Shown: one piece after another, positions 9,309 to 18,067 of the stretch
Layout of the letters: each line of letters starts with the position of its first letter
Numbering within the stretch: the stretch's first letter is position 1
From: Acidimicrobiia bacterium
GTDB taxonomy: Bacteria; Actinomycetota; Acidimicrobiia; Spongiisociales; UBA5794
Assembly (NCBI GenBank): GCA_041581135.1
Contig: JBFGCM010000006.1
Location: 4,482 to 68,481, forward strand
Direction of reading: 5' to 3'
Length of the DNA stretch: 64,000 bases
Notes under the pieces: generated by a model
Seen by the model: the letters and a program-made list of their open reading frames with translations, nothing else
What the model was told of the DNA's origin: nothing
Database searches by the model: none
Program-made: the position numbers and the translations under genes

Positions 9309-10213
9309 CAGTCTCCTCTTTGGATCTGGAGTGGGTGGTGGATCACCATACGCGTCGTCGGATAGGCGAGCTCGACCGACGGCTCGGCGGCGATCTCTTT
9401 CAACAACGCCCGCCAGATCTCGTCGTTGGTCCCCCTCCGGCGCTGGGCGGACACCAGCAGCCGAGCGGTGAGCAGTACGCCGCTGTCTTTGACGTCGACG
9501 TAGACGATCGGCCGTAGCTCCGTGTACCGGATGAAGTACTTGCGCGACGCCTCCCTGATGCGGCGTTCCGCTCCCATCTCCTCGTCTGACATGGCGTGAG
9601 GCTCGAGCACCTTGCGCATGATCTCCTCGGCGCGCTCCCAGTCGCTCTCGAAGGTGAAGAGCACCGGCACCTCGTGCCACACGTAGGGGAAACCCTCCGT
9701 GAAGTTGGCCATGCTCTTGGTGAAGATGGCGCCGTTGGGAATGTGGATGATGCGGCCGGTGGACTGGTCGCCGCCCACCCAGTTGCGTATCTCCAGCATC
9801 GAGAAACGGAAGACCCGGAGGTCGATCACATCCCCCGCATGTCCGTCGATCTCGATGCGGTGGCCCACGCGGAACGGATGGCGCAGGAGGATGTACACCC
9901 AGCCGGCGAGGTTCTTGAGCACGTCGGACAGGGCGATGGCGATACCGGCGGACAGGAGGCCCAGGAAGGTGGCCACGTTGTCGAAGGCGTCGATCCAGAC
10001 CCATCCCAGCAAGAGCAGCAGGATGAACGTCGCCACGTAGATGATCGACTTCTGGGTGCGAAACAGGATCTCCGAGTCGTCGATGCGGCGGGCGGCGGCC
10101 CGGCGCACCACCAGCTGACCGGCGACCACCACCACCACCACGATGCCGGTGGCTACCAAGCGGGCGTGCGCGAGGTTCTCGATGTTCAGGAGATCCGAGA
10201 TCCACTCACCCAA
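9308..10213 (-). CDS. Mechanosensitive ion channel (MscS family) protein
   Basis: 301 aa. N-terminal TM helices followed by the MscS beta-domain signature PFRVGHRIEIDGHAGDVIDLRVFRFSMLEIRNW...GRIIHIPNG. Confidence 0.8.
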   Translation of the reverse strand: MGEWISDLLNIENLAHARLVATGIVVVVVVAGQLVVRRAAARRIDDSEILFRTQKSIIYVATFILLLLLGWVWIDAFDNVATFLGLLSAGIAIALSDVLKNLAGWVYILLRHPFRVGHRIEIDGHAGDVIDLRVFRFSMLEIRNWVGGDQSTGRIIHIPNGAIFTKSMANFTEGFPYVWHEVPVLFTFESDWERAEEIMRKVLEPHAMSDEEMGAERRIREASRKYFIRYTELRPIVYVDVKDSGVLLTARLLVSAQRRRGTNDEIWRALLKEIAAEPSVELAYPTTRMVIHHPLQIQRGD

Positions 10214-10272
10214 GGCCTCACCTCGCTGCCGCGTGCTCCCGCCAGGCTACCGCTGCGACGTAGCCTTCTGAG

Positions 10273-11598
10273 GTGAACGAACCGATGCCACTCGAAGCCG
10301 TGCATGGCCTCTTGGAGTCGTTCGGGCAGGCGGGTATACCGGTTTGGATCGCAGGGGGTTGGGGAGTGGATGCGGTGATCGGCCGGCAGTCGCGGTGGCA
10401 TGCCGATCTGGATGTCGCCCTCTCCGCTGAGGACCTCGAGCGGGCGCGGCGGATGCTGGCGGAGGCGGGTTTCACCATCGATGTGGACTGGCGTCCGACG
10501 CGGCTAGCGATGCGCCATCCCGATGGCAGAGAGATCGATCTGCACCCGGTGGAGTTCGACGGGGCAGGCAACGGGATCCAGCGGCTCCTCGACGGCGGCG
10601 TGGCGGAGTACCCGGCCGCCGACCTGGTGCGGGGGAGTCTCGGCGACCGCGAGGTCCGCTGCTTGTCGGCGCGGCTGCAGGCCACGTTTCACACCGGCTA
10701 TGCCCCCACCGTGGTGGATCACTTCGACATGCACCGTCTGGCCGGCGCCACCGGAGTCGACCTCGCTGCGGTCTACGCGCTCACCGGACAGAGTGCCGAC
10801 GGGATCGTCGAAGAGCTGGTGGCGGTGGACGGCGCCGAGCTGTGGACCGCCACCCGGGGCCGCGGTCGACCGGTCGTGCTCTGTCACGGCGGACCCGGCC
10901 TCTGGGACGATCAGGCCCCGGTCGCGGCGATGATCGACGACGTGGCCACCGTGCACCGCTTCGACCAGCGGGGATGCGGCCGCTCAACCGGATCGGATGG
11001 CATCACCGTTGCGAGTTCGGTGGACGATCTCGAGGCCTTGCGAACGCATTGGGGCCACGAGTCCTGGATCGTGGCGGGGCACTCATGGGGCGCCGGGTTG
11101 GTCGCGGCGTACACGGTGGCCCATCCCGATCGAGTCGACGCCCTCGTCTCCATCAGCGGCACCGGTTGCGCGTGGGCATGGCACGGGGAGTATCGCGAGG
11201 AGCGCGACCGGCGCTTGGGAGCGGACGCCGAGCGAGTGGCGAAGCTGCCTCGTCCCGCCCGCAGGCGCTTCGTGGTTGCCACCGACTTCGCCGGCCCTCC
11301 CCAGGTCGATGCCGCGCTCGACGGAGACTTCGACGTCCGCTACGACGTCAACGTCGCCCTCACCGCCGACTGGCGTCGCGTCGGGCCGGAGGTAGGCGAG
11401 CGCTTGCGAGGCCTGCCGGTTCCCGTCGTCGCCATCGCCGGGGCAAGTGATCCTCGCCCGGTCTGGGCTGCCACCGAGATCGCCGCGTCGGCCCGAGACG
11501 GCTGGTCGTTCGTGTTCCCCGATGTGGGGCACTTCCCCTGGCTGGAGCGACCCGAGCTGCTCCGCGACGCTCTGCGTGCCGTGACCGCCCGACTGTGA
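10273..11598 (+). CDS. Fusion protein: N-terminal nucleotidyltransferase (ANT(2'')/Lnu-like fold) plus C-terminal alpha/beta hydrolase (proline-iminopeptidase-like)
   Basis: N-terminal IPVWIAGGWGVDAVIGRQSRWHADLDVAL...GREIDLHPVEFD resembles the aminoglycoside-2''-adenylyltransferase / lincosamide NTase family. C-terminal VVLCHGGPGLWD...FDQRGCGRS...GHSWGAG is an alpha/beta-hydrolase nucleophile elbow. Confidence 0.65.
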   Translation: MNEPMPLEAVHGLLESFGQAGIPVWIAGGWGVDAVIGRQSRWHADLDVALSAEDLERARRMLAEAGFTIDVDWRPTRLAMRHPDGREIDLHPVEFDGAGNGIQRLLDGGVAEYPAADLVRGSLGDREVRCLSARLQATFHTGYAPTVVDHFDMHRLAGATGVDLAAVYALTGQSADGIVEELVAVDGAELWTATRGRGRPVVLCHGGPGLWDDQAPVAAMIDDVATVHRFDQRGCGRSTGSDGITVASSVDDLEALRTHWGHESWIVAGHSWGAGLVAAYTVAHPDRVDALVSISGTGCAWAWHGEYREERDRRLGADAERVAKLPRPARRRFVVATDFAGPPQVDAALDGDFDVRYDVNVALTADWRRVGPEVGERLRGLPVPVVAIAGASDPRPVWAATEIAASARDGWSFVFPDVGHFPWLERPELLRDALRAVTARL

Positions 11599-11676
11599 GA
11601 TCGGCGGAGCGTCGCCCGCCGGCCAGATGCCAGATCAGCGGCTTGTTCCGACCCCGCCGACCAACGAATTACACGC

Positions 11677-12660
11677 GTGTCACTTGGCCGGGCTACCATC
11701 TGGCCGATGGGCACACTCCACGTCGAGGGCTGGGCCCCTGATTATGGGACCCCGCTCGAGACCGATGACGCGTACGCTCCCGACGAGGGCAAAGTCGACG
11801 ACGCCGTCGAGGTGAGCGGGCCGTGGGAACCGATGGGCGGTCACGACGACGGTGTCGAGACTGTCGCCTTCGTCGACGGCGTGCGCCGCATCGACGCCAG
11901 GCTCACCATCGACGATCCGAGCGGCCCGATTCCGGGCCTCTGCGGGACCTACGGGGTCGGTGCCCTGTGCTGGCGCCGCCATCATCCCAGCGCCGAGGTC
12001 ACGGACGTACACATCGAGCGTCTGGCGGTGTTCACCCACGGTCGCAACGATCCCATTCCGGTCGCGGGCCCGCAGCTGGCATACCGCACCGAGGCCGTGG
12101 CCGACTTCGACCCGGCGCTGCTCATCCGCCATTTCCACGGTGCAATGCGGAAGGCGGAAGGACTCCTGGCCGAGCGGCTCGCCCAGGCCGGCACGTTCGT
12201 CGTCTCGGACGGCCCCATCAACGACCTGTCGGCGACCGAGAAGGTCGGGTACATCAAGACGCATCGAGTGCCGTACCTGCCCCCGGAGCGTATGGACATC
12301 ATCGCCCGCCTCACCCCCGGTACCCGCACGCCGTTGTTCGTCATTGGCGCCCAGTCCGCACAGTTCCCCCGCTACTCCTGGTACCTACGGCTGGCCACCC
12401 TGCCCGGCGGCCATTCCTGGACCGGCATCGTCCGCTGCGAGGCTTCCACCAAGCTCGGGCTCGAGGTGGCACAGCGCCTCGCCGATCGGTCGGCGGCGCT
12501 GCTGCCGATGGTGGCCTCCGAGGCCCACATCGATCCGCGGGCACCCCAGAACCTCGTTCCCATCGCCGCCCTGGAACGGGCGTTGCGGCGCCGCATGGGG
12601 GATGCGGCCTACATCCACCGTCAGCTACGGTCCGCCGTGATGCGGCAGGGAGCGGCGTGA
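11677..12660 (+). CDS. nurA: NurA-like nuclease (candidate partner of HerA)
   Basis: 327-aa ORF (GTG 11677; alternative ATG at 11707) immediately upstream of the HerA-like ATPase. It has a VAFVDGVRRID Asp-containing N-terminal motif and KVGYIKTHRVPYL, reminiscent of NurA. The call rests largely on size and gene context. Confidence 0.45.
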   Translation: MSLGRATIWPMGTLHVEGWAPDYGTPLETDDAYAPDEGKVDDAVEVSGPWEPMGGHDDGVETVAFVDGVRRIDARLTIDDPSGPIPGLCGTYGVGALCWRRHHPSAEVTDVHIERLAVFTHGRNDPIPVAGPQLAYRTEAVADFDPALLIRHFHGAMRKAEGLLAERLAQAGTFVVSDGPINDLSATEKVGYIKTHRVPYLPPERMDIIARLTPGTRTPLFVIGAQSAQFPRYSWYLRLATLPGGHSWTGIVRCEASTKLGLEVAQRLADRSAALLPMVASEAHIDPRAPQNLVPIAALERALRRRMGDAAYIHRQLRSAVMRQGAA

Positions 12661-12678
12661 TGCAGGAGACGGGCCCCC

Positions 12679-14394
12679 GTGGGTGACGGCGTCGGCCGTG
12701 TGCTCGGCACCCAACACACCTCGACCCGCGAGTTCCGGGTGGTGTTGGACGACGACGAGTACCTCCAGCTCGACGATCTCGTGGTGGTGCGCACCCAGGT
12801 GCCCAAGGAGGGCGAGGTGCGCACGTACGGTGTCGTCACCGAGGTCGAGGCCGTCTTCGAGGGTGCGCAGTACGAATCGGACACCCACCGTATCGCCGAG
12901 CTCGGCATCCTCCCTGCCGAGAAGGTGCGCTCGGCACGGGTCGCCGTCACCCGTCTGGATCCCGAGCTGTGGGTCTCCACCGACCCGGGAGAGGTCGTCG
13001 AGCGGGCCACCGGCGACGAACGCCTGAAGGCCCTCTACGCCGACGAGATGGATCGGCCGCTCCCGGTGGGCATCGGCCGCGACGGTGAGCCGGTGTACGT
13101 GGACCTCGACTTCTTCGACGGGCGCAAGGGCGGCCACATGTCCATCAGCGGCATCTCCGGCGTGGCCACCAAGACCTCGTTTGCGCTGTTCTTCCTCCGG
13201 CTGCTCACGGCCCGGCCCGACATCCTCGGACAGAGCGCCGCCAACCTGCGGATCCTGGTGTTCAACGTAAAAGGCGAGGACCTGCTCTGGCTGGACAAGC
13301 CGAATCAAGAGTTCAACGACGAAGCACGCGTCGCTTGGGGCAAACTCGGTGTCGAGCCGGCACCCTTCCCGTCCGTCGCCTTCTGGGCACCGCCGCGGCG
13401 CAGCAGTGGTGATGTGGTGCTGCCCGACACCGGTGGCAGGCAGGAGGGGGTGGAGGCGTTCACCTGGACGCCGCGTGAGTTCATCGACGAGGGCCTCCTG
13501 CGCTTCCTGTTCACCGACTCGGCGGACACCCGCAACCAGATCCCGTTCATCGAGGAGCGGGTGCGGTCACAATTGAAGCGGTTCGCCGTCGATGTGGCCG
13601 GCGAACCCGGGGCCGTGGTGCTGCGAGACCCGATCGAGGGCTTCAAGCCGGGTGATCAGGTGACACCGAGTCCCGGTGAACGGGTGATCCGCGATCTGCC
13701 GTCGATGGTGGCGGTGTTGGAGGAGTTCCTCGATCCCGAAGACGGGGACCCCGATCCGCGGTGGACCGGACGCGTCCAAGTGGGCACCATCTCCGCCTTC
13801 GTCCGCAGGCTCCACGCCGCCGCCCATCGCATCGGTCAACTGGTCCGGGCGGGCGCCAGCCGGCGCATCGACCGGGAGGCCGCCCAAGTCACCGTGGTGG
13901 GGATCCAGTCGCTCCACGACCTCGGCCAGCGGTTCGTGGTGGGCGCCCTGCTCGCAGACACGTTCGCCGAGAAAGAACAGACGGGCCAGCGGCTTCCGCT
14001 GTCGGTGATCGTGCTCGACGAGCTCAACAAGTACGCCCCGCGCGAGGGGCACAGTCCGCTCAAGGAGATGCTCATCGACATCGCGCAACGGGGCCGCTCG
14101 CTCGGTGTGCTGCTGGTGGGTGCCCAGCAGACCGCTTCCCGGGTGGCGCAGGAGGTCATGGAGAATGCCGCCATCAAAGTGGCGGGTCGCCTCGACGCCG
14201 CCGAGGCGGAGCGCTCGGAGTACGGCTGGATGCTTCCGTCCACCCGAGCTCGCGCCCGCCTGCTCAAACCGGGCACCATGGTCGTCAGCCAGCCTTCGTT
14301 GCCGGTGCCTCTGGTGACCGACTTCCCCTTCCCGCCATGGGCGACACGCAAGGAGGAGGTCGCCGAGGATGACGACCCCTTCGCCGACCTCTAG
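12679..14394 (+). CDS. herA: HerA-like (DUF87/FtsK-HerA superfamily) ATPase
   Basis: N-terminal HAS-barrel-like segment (GRVLGTQHTSTREFRVVLDD...LDDLVVVRT...GVVTEVEA), P-loop region SGISGVATKTS, Walker B VIVLDELNKYAP, and C-terminal RGRSLGVLLVGAQQTAS. GTG start preceded by AGGAG. Confidence 0.65.
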   Translation: MGDGVGRVLGTQHTSTREFRVVLDDDEYLQLDDLVVVRTQVPKEGEVRTYGVVTEVEAVFEGAQYESDTHRIAELGILPAEKVRSARVAVTRLDPELWVSTDPGEVVERATGDERLKALYADEMDRPLPVGIGRDGEPVYVDLDFFDGRKGGHMSISGISGVATKTSFALFFLRLLTARPDILGQSAANLRILVFNVKGEDLLWLDKPNQEFNDEARVAWGKLGVEPAPFPSVAFWAPPRRSSGDVVLPDTGGRQEGVEAFTWTPREFIDEGLLRFLFTDSADTRNQIPFIEERVRSQLKRFAVDVAGEPGAVVLRDPIEGFKPGDQVTPSPGERVIRDLPSMVAVLEEFLDPEDGDPDPRWTGRVQVGTISAFVRRLHAAAHRIGQLVRAGASRRIDREAAQVTVVGIQSLHDLGQRFVVGALLADTFAEKEQTGQRLPLSVIVLDELNKYAPREGHSPLKEMLIDIAQRGRSLGVLLVGAQQTASRVAQEVMENAAIKVAGRLDAAEAERSEYGWMLPSTRARARLLKPGTMVVSQPSLPVPLVTDFPFPPWATRKEEVAEDDDPFADL

Positions 14395-14406
14395 TCACAG
14401 TCGCTG

Positions 14407-15579
14407 ATGCGGGTGCTCCACACTTCCGACTGGCACGTGGGCAAGCGCATCGGGCGCTACGACCGGATGAGCGAGTACGAGCAGGTCATCTCGGAGGTGG
14501 TGTCCATCGCCGACACCGAGGATGCCGATCTCGTGCTGCACTCCGGTGACCTGTTCGATCGGCCAATGCCCCCGGTGGATGCGCTGGACGTGGCGTTGGA
14601 CGGCCTCGTGCGCCTCGCCGCCGGGGGGCGGCGTCCGGTGGTGGTGATCGCAGGCAACCACGACAGCCCGGGGCTGTTCGAGGCGCTGGCACCGTTCCTT
14701 CGTCCGCTCGGCATCCACTTGGTGGGTGAGGTGAAACCCCCTGACGCCGGTGGCGTCATCGAGCTGGAGACCCGAGCCGGTCGAGCCGTGGTGTCGTGCT
14801 TTCCCTTTCTCCGTGAGGGGCGCGTCGTCGACTTCATGGAGAGGACCGACGAGTGGTACAAGAGTTACGCCGATCGTCTGCGGCGCATCTCCGAGACGTA
14901 TGCCGCCTACGCAGCCGGCCTGGCCGCCGGCGACGGGGTCACGTTCCTCGTGGCGCACTTCCTGGTCGGCGGCGTCAAGGTGCACGGTCATGGCGCTCCT
15001 CGCGGCGAGCGGGAACTGCACATGGGCGAGGCCTACACGGCGACCGCAGAGGCGATCCCGCCGGGTCCCCAATATGTGGCCATGGGCCACATCCATGCGC
15101 CACAAGCGGTCCCGGGGGCCAGGGTCCCGGCCGAGTACGCCGGGTCGCTGCTCGAACTCGATTTCGGTGAGGCCGGCGAGACCAAACGTGTGGTCGTGGT
15201 CGACGTCGAGCCGGGCCTCCCGGCGACGCGCCGGGGCGTCGAACTCACCGGCGGTCGTCGTCTGGTCCGAGCGGCGGGGACCTGGGCCGATCTGCGAGCC
15301 CGCCCGGATCTCGCCGACGCGTATCTCGACCTGAAGGTGCACACGGAGGGGCCCGAGCCGGGTTTGGCGGACCAGGCTCGGGAGGCGTTCCCGTTCGTGG
15401 TGAAGGTGAGCGCCGACTACCCCCGGACCACGGTCGAACGTCCTTCCGGTCGAGCCGACCGCAGTCTCGACGAGCTCTACGCCGAGTACTACGAGACGGC
15501 CGAAGGGGTAGCCCCACCCGCCGATCTGATCGCAGCGTTCCACGACCTGCAGCAGGAGGTGGCGGATGCGACCGCTTGA
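14407..15579 (+). CDS. sbcD: Exonuclease SbcD / Mre11 family
   Basis: MRVLHTSDWHVGK (motif I), HSGDLFD (motif II), VVIAGNHDSPG (motif III), MGHIH. Confidence 0.9.
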   Translation: MRVLHTSDWHVGKRIGRYDRMSEYEQVISEVVSIADTEDADLVLHSGDLFDRPMPPVDALDVALDGLVRLAAGGRRPVVVIAGNHDSPGLFEALAPFLRPLGIHLVGEVKPPDAGGVIELETRAGRAVVSCFPFLREGRVVDFMERTDEWYKSYADRLRRISETYAAYAAGLAAGDGVTFLVAHFLVGGVKVHGHGAPRGERELHMGEAYTATAEAIPPGPQYVAMGHIHAPQAVPGARVPAEYAGSLLELDFGEAGETKRVVVVDVEPGLPATRRGVELTGGRRLVRAAGTWADLRARPDLADAYLDLKVHTEGPEPGLADQAREAFPFVVKVSADYPRTTVERPSGRADRSLDELYAEYYETAEGVAPPADLIAAFHDLQQEVADATA

Positions 15580-18067
15580 GCTGCGCCTGCGCAACTTCCG
15601 GTCGTACTTCGACCAGGAGACCGTGTTCGACTTCCGGGGGAGGCGGCTCGTCGGCATCGTCGGCCCCATCGGATCCGGCAAGAGCACCATCCTCGATGCC
15701 ATTGCGTTCGCGTTGTACGGACGTACCCCGACCGTGGCCAAGGGCACCAAGGCACTCATCCACCAGCGAGCCGACGCCGCGCACATCGCCCTCCGCTTCG
15801 AGGTGGACGGGCAGGTGTGGGAAGCCGTTCGGGTGCTGCGCGCCAAAGGGCAGAGCGCCCACGCCTTGTATCGCTTGGCCGATGACACAGCCGAGGCCCG
15901 GCAGCTGGAGAAGATCACGCTGGAGGCGGAGATGAACCAGCGCATTCGCCGGCTCCTCGGCATGGAGTTCGACGCCTTCGGGCGCTCGGTGATGCTGGCG
16001 CAAGGGCGGTTCGCAGAGTTCTTGATCGCGCCACCCCGCGACCGGGACAAGGTGCTCAAGGGCGTTTTCGGGCATGACCGGGTGGATGCCATGCGGGCCG
16101 TCGCCAAGGACCGGGTCCAGGCCTCTGCAGTGACCCTCGCCGCCCTCGACGAGCGTGCCCGCCATGTGCAGGCCGCGACCACACGCGCCGCCCAGCTCGC
16201 CACCGAACTCCGCTCCCTGGAGGAGCGGTTGGAGCAGCTCCGCAAGGCGGAGCCGGCCCTGCGCGACCTGGACGAGCGGGCGTCCGCACTCGGTCTCACC
16301 ATCGCCGAAGCGGAGAAGCTGCTCAGCGCCCTGGAGGGGCTCGGCACCAAATTGCCGAGCCCCGCCGACAGTGAAGCCGTCCTCGACGCAGCTGAGCAGG
16401 CGGCTGCGGTGGTCACCGATGCCGCAGCCTCGCTGGAGACTGCGCGTGCTCGGTTGGTCGAGGCGGCAGAGCGCGCGGCCTTGCTCGAACCGGTTCGGGC
16501 CGAAGTGGCGGAGGCCACCAAGATCGTGGCTGCGCTCGAGCCACGCCGTCAGGCGGCCGAGGAGGCGGCGCGGCGCCTCACCGCCGCCAAGGAGGCCCGG
16601 GTCACCACAGCCGACGCCGTGGCGCAGGCGGACACCGAGGTCCGTGCGAGCGAGGAGGCGGCCCAAGCGTTGGCCGCAGCCGAAGCGGACGCGGCGCAGG
16701 CGGCAGCCCGAGCCGAGGCAGCCTTCCACGAAGCTCAGCACGCCGACTTCGCGCGCGCCCTTCGGGGAGGGCTCCAGCCGGGAGACCCCTGTCCCGTCTG
16801 TGCCCAAGAGATCGCCCAGCTCCCGGCTGACGCAGGCGGGGATGTCGCCGCGGCCAAATCAGCCCTGGAGCGGGCGCGTGCCGCCCATCGAGAGGCGGGT
16901 ACCGCCCATGCCGCAGCTGTGGCGAGGTTGGAGCGGTCGGCTGCGGCGCTGGTGGCGGCGCGGGAGGCGGCGGCGACCGTGGCTGCGCAAGAAGAGAGCG
17001 CCAGCACGGCCGACGCGATGGCGGCGAAGGAGCTGCAGAGCCTCGAAGCTCGGGCCCGCGACGTCCTCGGCGAGGGCTCGCTGGAAGCAGCTCTCCGCCG
17101 GCGAGTTGAGCACATCGAGCAAACCGACGCAGCGGTGGTAGCCACTCAGAAAGAGGTCGATACTGCCGCTGATGACCTGCGCCGGGCAGAGCGCGCGGCA
17201 GCAGAGGCACAGAAGGCCCACAGTGCACTCCGTTTGGCGCTGGCCGGCGTCGCCACCCATCTCGACGTCGACGCCGGGTCCGATGACGACGCGCCTGCCG
17301 CCACCAGGCGATGGTTGGACGCAGTGCGGCGTAGCTGGAACGAAGCGAGCACCGCGGGGCGGCATACCTTCGAGCAGGCGACCAACGAACGAGCCGAGAC
17401 GATGGAGGAGCGAGCCGCGGTGGTCGCCCCGCTCGATTTGGAGGAGAGCTTCTCTGTCGATCTCCACCGAGCCGAAGCGGCGGTCGACCGCTTGGCCGCC
17501 GAGTTGGAACGGCTCCGGGCCGAGATCGAGGACGCCGCCGGCATCGGTGCCGAGCGGGAAGAGGTGGCCGCGACGAAAGCGCGCTACGAGCGGCTTGTGG
17601 CCGATCTCACCGACACCCGGTTTGTCAGGTTCCTCCTCGAGGAGCAGCGATTCGTGCTCGCGGATCTCGGTAGCGCCCACTTCGCAACGTTGTCGGCCGG
17701 CCGCTACCAGTTCACGGAGAGCTTCGAGGTGGTCGACCTCACGGCGGCGGATGCGGTGCGGAAGTCGGACTCCTTGTCGGGAGGAGAGACGTTCCTGGCC
17801 TCGTTGGCGTTGGCCATCGCCCTCGCCGAGATGGTGGCTCGGACCGGAGGGAGGCTGGACGCGTTCTTCCTGGACGAAGGCTTCGGCAGCCTCGATGCGG
17901 AGCATCTCGACCTGGCCATGGACGGCATCGAAGCACTGGTCGCCGGTGGCACCGACCGGTTCGTCGCGGTCGTGAGCCATGTGCCGGAGATGATGCATCG
18001 TCTGGAGGATCTCCTCGTGCTCGACCGGGATCCGACCACCGGCGACACGCGAGTGGTGCGCGCGTGA
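15566..18067 (+). CDS. sbcC: SbcC / Rad50 family ATPase with central CxxC zinc hook
   Basis: Walker A GPIGSGKSTILDAIAFALYG, long Ala/Glu-rich coiled coil, CPVC at residue about 409 (nt 16790-16801), signature SLSGGETFLASLALA, Walker B FFLDEGFGSLD. Overlaps sbcD by 14 nt. Confidence 0.9.
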   Translation: MRPLELRLRNFRSYFDQETVFDFRGRRLVGIVGPIGSGKSTILDAIAFALYGRTPTVAKGTKALIHQRADAAHIALRFEVDGQVWEAVRVLRAKGQSAHALYRLADDTAEARQLEKITLEAEMNQRIRRLLGMEFDAFGRSVMLAQGRFAEFLIAPPRDRDKVLKGVFGHDRVDAMRAVAKDRVQASAVTLAALDERARHVQAATTRAAQLATELRSLEERLEQLRKAEPALRDLDERASALGLTIAEAEKLLSALEGLGTKLPSPADSEAVLDAAEQAAAVVTDAAASLETARARLVEAAERAALLEPVRAEVAEATKIVAALEPRRQAAEEAARRLTAAKEARVTTADAVAQADTEVRASEEAAQALAAAEADAAQAAARAEAAFHEAQHADFARALRGGLQPGDPCPVCAQEIAQLPADAGGDVAAAKSALERARAAHREAGTAHAAAVARLERSAAALVAAREAAATVAAQEESASTADAMAAKELQSLEARARDVLGEGSLEAALRRRVEHIEQTDAAVVATQKEVDTAADDLRRAERAAAEAQKAHSALRLALAGVATHLDVDAGSDDDAPAATRRWLDAVRRSWNEASTAGRHTFEQATNERAETMEERAAVVAPLDLEESFSVDLHRAEAAVDRLAAELERLRAEIEDAAGIGAEREEVAATKARYERLVADLTDTRFVRFLLEEQRFVLADLGSAHFATLSAGRYQFTESFEVVDLTAADAVRKSDSLSGGETFLASLALAIALAEMVARTGGRLDAFFLDEGFGSLDAEHLDLAMDGIEALVAGGTDRFVAVVSHVPEMMHRLEDLLVLDRDPTTGDTRVVRA

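Noticed and set aside
14395-16521. 708-aa ORF antisense to sbcD/sbcC
   Set aside because: Same GC artefact. The composition is Ser/Ala/Arg-rich and the ORF overlaps two well-supported genes.
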